Origin: Eubacteriales bacterium
GTDB lineage: Bacteria; Bacillota; Clostridia; Christensenellales; CAG-138
Direction: 5' to 3'
Assembly (NCBI GenBank): GCA_028694155.1
Contig: JAQUTY010000007.1
Location: forward strand, 50,901 to 114,900
DNA: 64,000 nt
A model generated the notes under the pieces. The model was not told the DNA's origin and did no database searches. It saw nothing but the letters and a program-made list of their open reading frames with translations. Of this stretch, positions 53,954 through 63,885 are shown in pieces; the stretch's first letter is position 1; every line of letters begins with the position of its first letter. The translations under genes and the position numbers were made by a program.

Positions 53954-54961
53954 CTATTTGTGTTCCAGTACTACTGCGTGCGCTATACCCGGAATGCTCT
54001 CGCCCTGCATACTGCTTGTTGGGCTCATAAGTGCGCCGGTCGCCAAAAAGAGTATTCGCTTGACATCGCCACGTTCAAGGTACGGCAGAAAGTGTCCCGT
54101 CAATGTGACCGCCGAGCAACCGCACCCCGAACCACCACAGTTGAACTTCTCAAGCGGCGGATATATGACGTTTCCGCAATCGAAGTGCTTACCTTTAAGG
54201 TCGATTCCCTTTTGCTCACATAGCGAGAACAGCAGCTCCGACCCATATCTGCCCAAATCACCCGTGATAATCCAGTCAAAGTCATTTGGCGTTTCCCCAC
54301 TCTCGGAAAAATAAGTGAGTATTGTGTCGCAGGCAGCAGGAGCCATTGCAGCCCCCATGTTGTTGCCATCGGTTATGCCCAAATCTATTACCCGTCCAAC
54401 CGTTGCTCCCGACAGAGCAATATGCCTGTACACCGGATTGGGAGGGAGCTTGCGACCTACAAGCAGACACCCTGCACCAGTAACCGTTCGCTGTGCGGTG
54501 GGCGGTGATGTGGTGCCCATCTCCAATGGATATCGGAATTGCCGTTCCGCAGTGGAGAAGTGGGAACAGGCGATACACGCCACGGGGTCTAAAAATCCCC
54601 CGTCCACAAACGCGCCCCCGATCAGCAGCGATTCAGCCATGGTGGAGCAAGCACCATAGAGCCCTAAAAACGGTGTCCCAAGATTTCTTGCGCCATAATT
54701 GGCAGTGATTATCTGATTGAGCAAATCTCCTGCAAACAGGCAGTTGATATCCTCTGTGCTCAATCCCGACTTGTGGCAGGAAAGCCTGACCGCGTTTTCA
54801 AATATCTGCAGCTCCGCCTGTTCGAAGCTGTCCAATCCCATCTTGTCGTCACCGACAACCACATCGAAGCAATCGCCTATGGGTCCATCGCCCTCAATTT
54901 TACTTACGATACACGCTCCCGAAAACACTCTGGGAAGCGTAGAAAAATGAAACGTTCGCAT
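53954..54961 (-). CDS. spoVAD: stage V sporulation protein AD
   Basis: The ATG at 54961 lies 5 nt after AAGGAG; the track start of 54997 is a TTG. 335 aa with a thiolase-like fold: EG.GP.G..FD....DD..G..S.E.AE...GD.LNQ....Y.AR.L..PFLGLYGACST. Confidence 0.88.
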   Translation of the reverse strand: MRTFHFSTLPRVFSGACIVSKIEGDGPIGDCFDVVVGDDKMGLDSFEQAELQIFENAVRLSCHKSGLSTEDINCLFAGDLLNQIITANYGARNLGTPFLGLYGACSTMAESLLIGGAFVDGGFLDPVACIACSHFSTAERQFRYPLEMGTTSPPTAQRTVTGAGCLLVGRKLPPNPVYRHIALSGATVGRVIDLGITDGNNMGAAMAPAACDTILTYFSESGETPNDFDWIITGDLGRYGSELLFSLCEQKGIDLKGKHFDCGNVIYPPLEKFNCGGSGCGCSAVTLTGHFLPYLERGDVKRILFLATGALMSPTSSMQGESIPGIAHAVVLEHK

Positions 54962-55056
54962 ATATTCTCCTTTGTGGAAAGTATGCTCACGCTTCAAAGA
55001 TTTTATTCTATTTTGAACCGAGTTAGATTAGCCTAAATATCGCCATTGATAATGCT

Positions 55057-56208
55057 TTACTTATGCGTTTCGCGTGATATGTTGAGCAACACACCCATTG
55101 CAGAAAGAAAAATCAGAAGTGACGTGCCTCCTGCGGATATGAATGGAAGTGCCTGCCCCGTGGTGGGCATCAGTCCCGTGACAACGCCAACGTTGATGCA
55201 AACCTGAAGTCCAAAAACCAGTGAGATACCTGCTGCCAGCAGTCCGCCGAAACGGTTTCTGCATCGAAGCGCAATGACCATGCCTCGATATACAATCCAG
55301 CCGTATGCAATCAGCACAACCACACCGCCCACAAACCCAAACTCCTCACACAGAATTGCAAAAATGAAGTCGGATTCGCCATAAGTCATGTACAGGAGCT
55401 TTTGATAGCTGTTATTTAGTCCTTTGCCGAATAATCCGCCCGATCCGATTGCATAGAAGCTCTGAACAAGCTGATACCCGGTATCCTGCGGATCGTCAAA
55501 GGGCTTTGTAAATGAGGTAAGTCGTTGTAGCCTGTATGGAGCGATGACCGCAAATAATATGAACAATATGACGAACACTACGCCCAACACTAATAATTGA
55601 CGCAAATCGCAGCCGCCAAGGTATAGCATGATTATTCCAATCAGTCCCACGATGACCGCCATTGACATATTTGGCTGGAGCATGATCAAGCCTGCAATAA
55701 CGCCGATTACCAAAAGCATGGGCATCATTCCTCGCTTGAGATCCTTCATTTGGTCTCGCCTCTTTGCCATGTAGGAGCACATATAGATAATCATACCGAA
55801 TTTGGCGACCTCACTGGGTTGAATAGACACACCAAATAGGTTGAGCCAGCGTTTGCCTCCGTTTAACTCATCGCCAAAGATTAAAACCGTTATAAGAAGG
55901 ACAACCGAGACAAGAATCGCTATTCCGTTCAGCTTCTGTATTTTTCGGTAGTTTATCCTCGAAATGATGAGCATAATCGGATAGCCAATGGCAAGATAAA
56001 TTGCTTGGCGTTTGAGATAGTAGAAGCTGTCAAAGTTACACTTTGCGGTGTTTTGCGCATAATAATAGCTGGCAGAAAACACCATCACAAGACCAAAGGC
56101 GCAAAGCGCAGATACCACCAACAGGATTGAATAATCAATTCTTCCTTGAGGCTGCTTCTCCCTTGCTCTCTTTTCTTTTTTATCCGTGCGTGTTACTGCT
56201 TGCTCCAT
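55057..56208 (-). CDS. FtsW/RodA/SpoVE (SEDS) family peptidoglycan glycosyltransferase; occupies the spoVE/ftsW position of the dcw cluster
   Basis: 383 aa with about 10 TM segments. RW...G.S.QPSE.AK, ..P.TG..LPF.S.GG.S. Confidence 0.88.
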   Translation of the reverse strand: MEQAVTRTDKKEKRAREKQPQGRIDYSILLVVSALCAFGLVMVFSASYYYAQNTAKCNFDSFYYLKRQAIYLAIGYPIMLIISRINYRKIQKLNGIAILVSVVLLITVLIFGDELNGGKRWLNLFGVSIQPSEVAKFGMIIYMCSYMAKRRDQMKDLKRGMMPMLLVIGVIAGLIMLQPNMSMAVIVGLIGIIMLYLGGCDLRQLLVLGVVFVILFILFAVIAPYRLQRLTSFTKPFDDPQDTGYQLVQSFYAIGSGGLFGKGLNNSYQKLLYMTYGESDFIFAILCEEFGFVGGVVVLIAYGWIVYRGMVIALRCRNRFGGLLAAGISLVFGLQVCINVGVVTGLMPTTGQALPFISAGGTSLLIFLSAMGVLLNISRETHK

Positions 56209-56238
56209 CTGTGCCTTTCTTTTTGGTAATTTCTGTTA

Positions 56239-57588
56239 CTATTTATATTCCTTGACTATGGCTTTGAACACTCTTCCACGCTGCTCATAATTATCAAACA
56301 TATCCCATGAGGCGCACGCAGGTGAAAGCAACACCACATCGCCCTCCTCCGAAAGGTCTCTTGCCATGCTGACTGCTCTTAGAAAGTCGCTTGCACGGTG
56401 GCAAATATCGCCATAGCCTGCTTTGGTTGCAGCATCAATAATCTTATCCGCCGTGTCGCCAAGAACCACGCAGGCACGAATGTTTGAACTGAACGCATCA
56501 AACAACTCGTCAAACTCGCTATGCTTATCAAAGCCGCCCAGTATGAGAATGGTGGGCTTTTTCATCGCCTCAATGGCACGAATTGTGCTTGCAGGGTTAG
56601 TTCCCTTGCTGTCGTTGATATAATCAACTCCGCTTCGTGTGCAGACGTACTCTATTCGATGCTCCACTCCCGAAAAAGATTCCAATGTATCTCTCACTAC
56701 CTCGGCAGGAACGTCCTGCGACAATGCCAGCAGCGCCGACAGCATTGCGTTTTCGAGATTGTGTGCGCCCATGATGCGGACATCGTCCTTGTCCATCAGC
56801 TCATGCTCCTCGCCGTTGATGCGATAGACCATCTTATCGCCACGAAGGAACATTCCGCTGTCAACCTCCTCCTTGCGAGAAAAATACAGCACCTTTGCCT
56901 TTGTAATTGAGGCAAACCTACGGACTATCGGATCGTCCCAGTTGAGCACGGCGACATCGGATTCCGTCTGGTTGTCAAAAATCTTTGCCTTTGCGGCAAT
57001 GTAGTTCTCCATGCTGCCGAAATGGTCCAAATGATCAGGCGTAATGTTGCAAACGCCCGCTGCTACTGCATGGAAGTTGACATTGCCCTCCAACTGCAGA
57101 GCAGCAGTCTCGGCGACTATCACGTCACCCTTCTTGGTGTCAAGTGCGTGTTCGGAGATGGCAATGCCAATGTTGCCAAGCACAAAGGTATTCCTTCCGC
57201 TATTTTGGAATATCTCCCCTGTCAATGCGGTACAGGTAGTCTTGCCGTTGGTACCCGTTACGCAGACAAAATCCGCCTGTGAATAACGATAGCCCAGTTC
57301 TATCTCGGATATGACCTCCACTCCCCTTTTCCTTGCCTCTACTATGAATTGGCGTGACATGGGAATGATCGGGCTTGGAACGAGAAGATCAATCCCGTCA
57401 ATTAAATCCATTGGATCTGCTCCAAGCTGCACCTCATAGGCTATGCCACAAAGAGCATCGAAAAGTCCTTTTATCTCGGGCTTTTGATCGTTAATAATGA
57501 CACGATAGCCCTCCCTGTATAGTAGCTTTGCGGCAGCTATGCCACTCTTTGCCATGCCCACGATGAGCGCCGTTTTACGCTTTGCCAT
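56239..57588 (-). CDS. murD: UDP-N-acetylmuramoyl-L-alanine--D-glutamate ligase
   Basis: The ATG at 57588 lies 7 nt after GGGAG. VGMAKSGIAAAKLL...VTGTNGKTT...GNIG. The 14-aa extension in the track is discarded. Confidence 0.9.
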   Translation of the reverse strand: MAKRKTALIVGMAKSGIAAAKLLYREGYRVIINDQKPEIKGLFDALCGIAYEVQLGADPMDLIDGIDLLVPSPIIPMSRQFIVEARKRGVEVISEIELGYRYSQADFVCVTGTNGKTTCTALTGEIFQNSGRNTFVLGNIGIAISEHALDTKKGDVIVAETAALQLEGNVNFHAVAAGVCNITPDHLDHFGSMENYIAAKAKIFDNQTESDVAVLNWDDPIVRRFASITKAKVLYFSRKEEVDSGMFLRGDKMVYRINGEEHELMDKDDVRIMGAHNLENAMLSALLALSQDVPAEVVRDTLESFSGVEHRIEYVCTRSGVDYINDSKGTNPASTIRAIEAMKKPTILILGGFDKHSEFDELFDAFSSNIRACVVLGDTADKIIDAATKAGYGDICHRASDFLRAVSMARDLSEEGDVVLLSPACASWDMFDNYEQRGRVFKAIVKEYK

Positions 57589-57601
57589 AACTAATCTCCC
57601 T

Positions 57602-58576
57602 TCAAATAGACCAGAGCAGTATACACCCAACGCAACAAATGATTGTCACCAGACTGTATCCAAATACGATCTTCGTTTCAGAATACCCCTTCTTTTCGAA
57701 GTGGTGATGCAAGGGTGCCATCAAGAAAATGCGTTTTTTGTTTCTCAACTTATATGAGCCAACCTGCAAAATAACCGATACGCTTGAGGCAACGTAGCAG
57801 ATGCCCATGATTGGCAGCAGTATTGCAGAGCGTGAGATAAGCGCAACCATTGCTACTGCTCCACCCAATGCCAACGAGCCGGTGTCGCCCATGAACACCT
57901 GCGCTCTAAAGCTGTTGAATCTCAAAAAGCCCAGCAGTCCGCCTGCGATGGCGGCGCAGAATACTGCCATATCCGCAGAATTCTTGTCCTTTAGCACAAA
58001 GAACAGCGCAGCATATGCAGCCATGAATATCAATGTCACGGACGAGGACAGACCGTCCACGCCATCGATGAGGTTCACCGAGTTGACCGTGCCTACTATG
58101 ATGAATATTGCAAACGGAATGTAGAACACACCCAAGTCCCATTCAACGTTCCAAATGGGTATCAGCAGGCTTGAGCCGACGTCCTTTGAAAAGTACAGCC
58201 ACAGGGAAGCTCCCAAAGCAAATCCGAACTGCAAAATAATCTTTTGATATGCCTTCAAGCCGAGCGAACGCTTGAAACGAATCTTGATGAAATCATCCAA
58301 GAAACCCACAAGTGCAAACGCTACCGTAACTAGCAGCGCACAAATGACCATCGTGTTGTCCGGCGCAAAAATGAGTGTAGCAACCAGCAGCGCAATAATG
58401 AACATCACACCGCCCATTGTGGGCGTGCCTGTCTTTTCAAGGTGCGTCTGCGGCCCTTCCTGACGCTCCGTTTGTCCTATTTTCATGCGCTTGAGCAACG
58501 GTATGAACAACGGCCCTATCAGCAGTACCAATACCAATGCAATCAAAAACGCAAGTAATATCTTCTGTAATTCCAT
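57602..58576 (-). CDS. mraY: phospho-N-acetylmuramoyl-pentapeptide transferase
   Basis: 324 aa. K.GTPTMGG, NLIDG.DGL, GDTGSLALGG, APLHHHFE. Confidence 0.93.
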   Translation of the reverse strand: MELQKILLAFLIALVLVLLIGPLFIPLLKRMKIGQTERQEGPQTHLEKTGTPTMGGVMFIIALLVATLIFAPDNTMVICALLVTVAFALVGFLDDFIKIRFKRSLGLKAYQKIILQFGFALGASLWLYFSKDVGSSLLIPIWNVEWDLGVFYIPFAIFIIVGTVNSVNLIDGVDGLSSSVTLIFMAAYAALFFVLKDKNSADMAVFCAAIAGGLLGFLRFNSFRAQVFMGDTGSLALGGAVAMVALISRSAILLPIMGICYVASSVSVILQVGSYKLRNKKRIFLMAPLHHHFEKKGYSETKIVFGYSLVTIICCVGCILLWSI

Positions 58577-58579
58577 GTA

Positions 58580-60019
58580 CTATCTGTGCTTACTCAGCAA
58601 CTCCTCCACAACTTCCTTATCATCAAAATGGTGCTTGACGCCATTTATCTCCTGATAATTCTCATGTCCCTTTCCGGCAATGACGATAATATCATTTTCC
58701 TTGGCAACTTGCAAGGCATGTCCTATCGCCTCTGCCCGATTTTCGATAACCACATACGGCGTGCCGGTTCTTTTTACTCCTGCCTCGACCTCCGAAATGA
58801 TGGTCATTGGATCCTCGGTGCGCGGATTATCGCTGGTAATTATGGCATAGTCCGAATGTCTGCCGCCAATCTCTCCCATAATTGGGCGTTTCGCCTTGTC
58901 CCTGTCTCCGCCGCAGCCGAACACAACGATTACCCTCGCCTTCGCAAATCCATGCACGGTGGTCAGAACATTTTCAAGTGCATCGGGCGTGTGCGCATAA
59001 TCAACATAGACAGCAATCGAATGTGCGAAGGTGTTCACGCTCTGGAGTCTGCCTGCAACGCCAGAGAGCTGACCCAAGCCTGCAATTATGTCCTTTAGGG
59101 CATAGCCGCAGCAGTCCATCAAGGCAGCAGCACCCATTGCATTATACACGGAAAATAAACCGGATATATGCAGATTTATTCTGCCGTCTCCATGCGGAGT
59201 ATGCAGATGGAACGTAACGCCGCTGGTTGTAATATCTATCCCGCTTGCCCGATAATCAGCCGAATTTTGAATGCCCATGCTTAAAATCGGGATTGTAAGC
59301 CCCTGCTTCATGCTCTCAGCCATCGGATCGTCAATGTTGATGATGGCGACCTTGCTCTGCCTAAACAGGAGCTTTTTAGCATTGAGATAATTCTCGAATG
59401 TCTTATGATAATCCAGATGATCCTGCGTCAGATTTGTGAACAGTCCTGCATCAAACATGATGCCGTGTACTCTGTCCTGCACCAGCGCATGGCTTGATAC
59501 CTCCATTATGACAAGATCGCAGCCCTCGTTTGCCATGTGGCGCAACAGAGCAAACAAATCCGCCGATTCGGGCGTTGTGCGTGCCGTGTCGATGCGTTCA
59601 TCGCCAATAAGGTTGACTATTGTGCCGATGAGTCCTACCTTCTTGCCTGCTGCTTCGGCAATCGACTTGACCATGTAGGTGGTTGACGTCTTTCCGTTTG
59701 TCCCTGTTACGGCAAGCATGTGCATACTGCGCTCAGGGTGCTCGTAAAAGCAGGCGGCAGCCTCGGCAAGCGCACTTCTGGCATCGGACACGATAAGTTG
59801 CGGCACGTCAATGTTCAACGGACGCTCACAGATGAGTGCCACCGCACCCTTGTCCACCGCTTGCTTTGCAAAATTATGTCCATCTGATACAAGTCCGACA
59901 ATACAACCGAACAAAGCCCCCGCTTCGACACGCTTGGAATTGTACTCAATGGAGCATATCTCTACATCGTTTCCGAAAAATGGGACGCAAAGCTCCTCAG
60001 CGATTCTAGATAGTAACAT
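58580..60019 (-). CDS. murE: UDP-N-acetylmuramoyl-L-alanyl-D-glutamate--2,6-diaminopimelate ligase
   Basis: 479 aa. VTGTNGKTST, and DNPR in ITSDNPRTEDP (meso-DAP specificity motif). Confidence 0.9.
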   Translation of the reverse strand: MLLSRIAEELCVPFFGNDVEICSIEYNSKRVEAGALFGCIVGLVSDGHNFAKQAVDKGAVALICERPLNIDVPQLIVSDARSALAEAAACFYEHPERSMHMLAVTGTNGKTSTTYMVKSIAEAAGKKVGLIGTIVNLIGDERIDTARTTPESADLFALLRHMANEGCDLVIMEVSSHALVQDRVHGIMFDAGLFTNLTQDHLDYHKTFENYLNAKKLLFRQSKVAIINIDDPMAESMKQGLTIPILSMGIQNSADYRASGIDITTSGVTFHLHTPHGDGRINLHISGLFSVYNAMGAAALMDCCGYALKDIIAGLGQLSGVAGRLQSVNTFAHSIAVYVDYAHTPDALENVLTTVHGFAKARVIVVFGCGGDRDKAKRPIMGEIGGRHSDYAIITSDNPRTEDPMTIISEVEAGVKRTGTPYVVIENRAEAIGHALQVAKENDIIVIAGKGHENYQEINGVKHHFDDKEVVEELLSKHR

Positions 60020-60033
60020 ATTCTCTCCCTTCG

Positions 60034-62205
60034 CTAGTCATCGGGCGTGTATGTAAAGGTGACCCATACCGTAGAACCGTAGGGAATCTCAGTCCCCTCG
60101 GCGTACTGAGTTCCCGAAACCACGCCTTGACTTTGCAATATTTCGTAATCCATCACAAGCCCCGCCTTCTTGAGCGCATCAAAGGCATCTATGCGGTTCT
60201 TGCCAATTATATCCGGCATTTTTACATACTGAATCTGCTCATCTTCCCCTCTTGCGGTCGTCCACGAGGTATACAGTATCACAGTGCTGCCCTTGACCAC
60301 CAAGGAACCTGCAGGCGGCGACTGCCGTGTAACGAATGCTGAAAGCTCATCCTCCATGTATACCGCTTTTAAGTCAACGTCGTTTAGAGCATTGATTGCG
60401 TCCTGAACGGACATATTGGTCAAATCGGGAACGACTCGCGATGATTTTGTACTGTCTGGTGCAACGCCGCCGTATGTGAGCGCATTTTGCAGAACCATCT
60501 GAACAAACGGAGCTGCAACCGTGCTTCCGTATACCACAGGAACCTGCGGCTCATTGACAACAATGATGCAAAGATACTGCGGATTGCTTGCAGGAGCAAA
60601 CCCTACAAATGACGCAATCAGCTTTGATTTGGATACCGATCCGTCCTCCTCATATTTCTGGGCAGTACCGGTCTTTCCGCCAACGGTGTATCCTACGACC
60701 TGAGCATTCTTACCGCTTCCGTTTTCGACAACACTCTGGAGTATTTGGCGCACCTGCTCGCTCGTCTGCTCGGATATGACTCTGCGCACAACAACAGGTG
60801 AATTTTGCAATATGATGTTGCCATTGACGTCCTCCACCCTGTCGATAATGTAGGGCTGCATGAGGTTTCCGCCGTTGATTGCCGCCGATGCCGCCGCCGC
60901 AAGCTGCATTGTGGTTGTAGATACGCTCTGTCCGAATCCAATGCGTGCCAAATCGGTATCGACAATATACTTGCGATGCGTGACCGTTCCGCTTGTCTCA
61001 CCCATCAATCCGCTTCCCGTGGCTGTATCGAAGCCGAACTTATATATGTAGTCATAGAAAACATCTGTTCCCATGTTCAGTGCCATGGACATGAACGCAC
61101 AGTTGCAGCTGTTCTCCGCCGCCTCCGTGAGTGTCTGATTGCCGTGACCGCCAGACTTCCAGCACTTGATGCGTTCGCCTCGAACCGTGAGATAGCCGTT
61201 GCAGCGGAAGGTATTTGTCAAAGAGACCGTGCCGCTGTCCAATGCTGCTGCCAAAGTGACTATCTTAAACGTTGACCCCGGCTCATATGTATCCGTGACC
61301 ACGCGGTTTTTCGACATCTCCAACAGCACCGTTGCATCTGTACGGGGAGGATTATTGGGATCGAAGCTGGGATAGGTCGCAATGGCAAGTATCTCTCCTG
61401 TGGAGGGATTCATAAGTATGCCCTGAACATTGGTGGCGTTATTGATGGTCGCCGCCTGCTCGCACGCAGACTCCAAATAGCCCTGCAAACCCGTATCCAC
61501 CGTCAGATAAAGGTTGTTGCCCGCAATAGGCGCAATATATTCCTCCCGACCGTTGACAATAGGTGTATTATCTCTATCAGTCTCCACTATCTGTCTGCCG
61601 TCAACACCTGCAAGCATGGAATTATACGTCAGCTCAAGACCAGTCTGTCCTACGCCGTCAACGTTTGTAAAGCCCAGCAACTGTGAGAAAAGCTGCCCCT
61701 CACGGTAGGAACGCTTGACATCGGAATAGAAGCTGATTACGCCTTTTTTGAACTGTTGTGCGCTCAAAAGCTCGACTGTTTCCTTCTCAACCTGATCCTT
61801 AATCTTAATCTGCTGATACTCCGTTTTTGCCACCTTGGCAGCAACGGTGTCATAATCAAGCTCGAGTATGGTCGATAACAGATAGGCAACGTGTTCACGG
61901 TTATCCTCAGTTACCGCCCTTGGATTGACGCAAACCTGATAGGTCGTATAGCTTGATGCCAGTACGTTTCCGCTTCGGTCGATTATCTCACCTCGCTGCG
62001 CTCGCAAAGAGGTGTTGAGTGTCCACTGTTTTTGTGCCTTTTGGGAATATTCTTCGCCGTTGCAGACCGATACATAGAAAAGACGAACAATGAGAATCAG
62101 AAACAAAGACATAGCAACACAGAAGATAACGATGAGTTTCTTCTTTGATGATGATATTTTCAGAACTGTCTTTGTCTTTTCAGTTGTTTGCTTATTCCTT
62201 GCCAT
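60034..62205 (-). CDS. class B penicillin-binding protein (FtsI/SpoVD-type) with two C-terminal PASTA domains
   Basis: 723 aa. N-terminal TM segment, dimerisation domain, then transpeptidase motifs STFK (EPGSTFKIVT), SCN and KTGTAQ. Two PASTA-like repeats follow (VPDL.NMSVQDA...; MPDIIGKNRIDAF..L). Confidence 0.9.
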   Translation of the reverse strand: MARNKQTTEKTKTVLKISSSKKKLIVIFCVAMSLFLILIVRLFYVSVCNGEEYSQKAQKQWTLNTSLRAQRGEIIDRSGNVLASSYTTYQVCVNPRAVTEDNREHVAYLLSTILELDYDTVAAKVAKTEYQQIKIKDQVEKETVELLSAQQFKKGVISFYSDVKRSYREGQLFSQLLGFTNVDGVGQTGLELTYNSMLAGVDGRQIVETDRDNTPIVNGREEYIAPIAGNNLYLTVDTGLQGYLESACEQAATINNATNVQGILMNPSTGEILAIATYPSFDPNNPPRTDATVLLEMSKNRVVTDTYEPGSTFKIVTLAAALDSGTVSLTNTFRCNGYLTVRGERIKCWKSGGHGNQTLTEAAENSCNCAFMSMALNMGTDVFYDYIYKFGFDTATGSGLMGETSGTVTHRKYIVDTDLARIGFGQSVSTTTMQLAAAASAAINGGNLMQPYIIDRVEDVNGNIILQNSPVVVRRVISEQTSEQVRQILQSVVENGSGKNAQVVGYTVGGKTGTAQKYEEDGSVSKSKLIASFVGFAPASNPQYLCIIVVNEPQVPVVYGSTVAAPFVQMVLQNALTYGGVAPDSTKSSRVVPDLTNMSVQDAINALNDVDLKAVYMEDELSAFVTRQSPPAGSLVVKGSTVILYTSWTTARGEDEQIQYVKMPDIIGKNRIDAFDALKKAGLVMDYEILQSQGVVSGTQYAEGTEIPYGSTVWVTFTYTPDD

Positions 62206-62213
62206 CTGTCTCC

Positions 62214-62684
62214 TTATGGTTCATCAGTCGAAGTAGGTTCGTCAGTATTTGTTGGCTCCTCCGCCCAGTTCATCGTGCGCCCTGCCTCCAGGTTCGCTTG
62301 GTTGATGGACGTATAGTCGTTGAGTGCGCCCTGATCGTTTATCGCCTGCGATATTTCTTCCTCATAGTCGGCAATGATTGCGTCCAGATCGCTTATCTGG
62401 CTGTATATTTTGGTGATATCTGCATCTCCCTTGAGCGCAAACACCGCCGTTCCTGCCACGATAAACATGGCAATCAGCAATAGAATCATTGAGGAAATGG
62501 GCCATGGCTTCTTCTCTGCCTTGGAAACGGTCACATCCTCCTCGGTTGGCTGGGGTACCACAACGGGCTTGGGCGAGTCGTCCTCCTCGAGCTGTACTAT
62601 TGTGACCTTGCGGTGGGTGGGTGCATATATCCTAGTCTTTGGCACATTCGTACCCCGCTTGTCATTGTCAAATTGAACCTCCAT
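62214..62684 (-). CDS. FtsL-like bitopic cell-division protein (positional call)
   Basis: 156 aa with a single TM segment (ISSMILLLIAMFIVAGTAVFAL) followed by a heptad-like segment. Located between rsmH and the PBP gene. Confidence 0.6.
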   Translation of the reverse strand: MEVQFDNDKRGTNVPKTRIYAPTHRKVTIVQLEEDDSPKPVVVPQPTEEDVTVSKAEKKPWPISSMILLLIAMFIVAGTAVFALKGDADITKIYSQISDLDAIIADYEEEISQAINDQGALNDYTSINQANLEAGRTMNWAEEPTNTDEPTSTDEP

Positions 62685-62711
62685 GGTACCTCCTTTCTAT
62701 GTTTATGCAAG

Positions 62712-63653
62712 TCATAGTTTTTCTATGGCACGCAGTTTTGCCGATGCAGACCTCGAATTTTGCTCCTGCTCTTGCTCATCGGCAATGATTGGTTTTTTTG
62801 TGAGTATATGCACCGTCGGCTTTTTGCCGCAGATGCACACGGGTGCGCTCTTGGGGCAGGTGCAGGGCTGCTCAAAGCTCTTAAACGCCGTCTTGACGAT
62901 GCGATCCTCCAAAGAATGAAAGGTCAAAACGCACAGTCTTCCGCCCAAATTCAATAGGTCATGTGCTGCTTGTATCGCCGCCTCAAGCCCACTAAGTTCG
63001 CCGTTTACCTCAATGCGAATGGCTTGGAAGCATCGGCGTGCAGGATGCTGCGGCTCGTTGCGAAATTTTGCCGGAATTGCCTGCTTTATTAGCTCGGCAA
63101 GCTGCGTTGTGGTCTCAATCGGCTTCTGCTCACGCTTTTGCACCAGTTGCTGTGCAATCCTTCTTGAGAACTTCTCCTCACCATAGCGAAAGAAAATATC
63201 CGCAAGCCTCTGCTCATCATAACCGTTGACAACATCATACGCACTAAAAGTCACACTTTGATCCATGCGCATATCCAAAGGCGCATCGAGCTTGTAGGAA
63301 AAGCCACGCTGGGCAGAATCGAGCTGATGTGAACTGACGCCCAGGTCCAACAGTATTCCGTCCGCCTTCTGAACTCCCACACCGCTGAGCAAGGTCTTCA
63401 TTTCAAAGAAGTTGCCATGTATGGCGGTGAAGCTATCCCCAAAATGAGCCAGTCTTGCCGTTGCCGTTTCCAACGCCTCACAGTCGCGATCAATTCCGTA
63501 TAAATGCGCTCCCTTGGGCAGATGCTCCAATATCGCCTCGCTGTGACCGCCTCCGCCGAGCGTTCCGTCAACAAATATTCCGCCGCGCTCCGGCATTAAA
63601 AGATCTATAACCTCGTCAACGAGGATTGGAACATGATAGCTCGAAGTCGTCAA
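62712..63653 (-). CDS. rsmH: 16S rRNA (cytosine1402-N4)-methyltransferase
   Basis: 313 aa. TTG start after AGAGGAG. HVPILVDEV...DGTLGGGGHSE..L.....L.GIDRD......DLGVSS.QLD...RGFS. Confidence 0.9.
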   Translation of the reverse strand: MTTSSYHVPILVDEVIDLLMPERGGIFVDGTLGGGGHSEAILEHLPKGAHLYGIDRDCEALETATARLAHFGDSFTAIHGNFFEMKTLLSGVGVQKADGILLDLGVSSHQLDSAQRGFSYKLDAPLDMRMDQSVTFSAYDVVNGYDEQRLADIFFRYGEEKFSRRIAQQLVQKREQKPIETTTQLAELIKQAIPAKFRNEPQHPARRCFQAIRIEVNGELSGLEAAIQAAHDLLNLGGRLCVLTFHSLEDRIVKTAFKSFEQPCTCPKSAPVCICGKKPTVHILTKKPIIADEQEQEQNSRSASAKLRAIEKL

Positions 63654-63701
63654 AAGCTCCTCTTTTCCGCAAATTGCATACTATGCCTATATATATTATG
63701 A

Positions 63702-63730
63702 ATTATACTACAATCAAATTGATTTGTCAC
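63702..63730 (-). promoter_or_regulatory. candidate sigma-A promoter of the dcw block
   Basis: Minus strand reads GTGACA, 17 nt, TATAAT. It lies about 50 nt upstream of the rsmH start. Confidence 0.45.
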
Positions 63731-63824
63731 CCTGCAAATGTAACATAAACGCAATTTTTCGTTAAACTGGAAGCACGCAGCATTTCATATTTTAAGGCGT
63801 TCGGTAATATACTATCTGCTAATA

Positions 63825-63853
63825 TTGACACCGATGGGTTTTGGATATAAAAT
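63825..63853 (+). promoter_or_regulatory. candidate sigma-A promoter of nadE
   Basis: TTGACA, 17 nt, TAAAAT. It lies about 32 nt upstream of ATG 63886. Confidence 0.5.
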
Positions 63854-63885
63854 ATTTGTGTGTAAATATGCTGTTGGAGGTAAAT

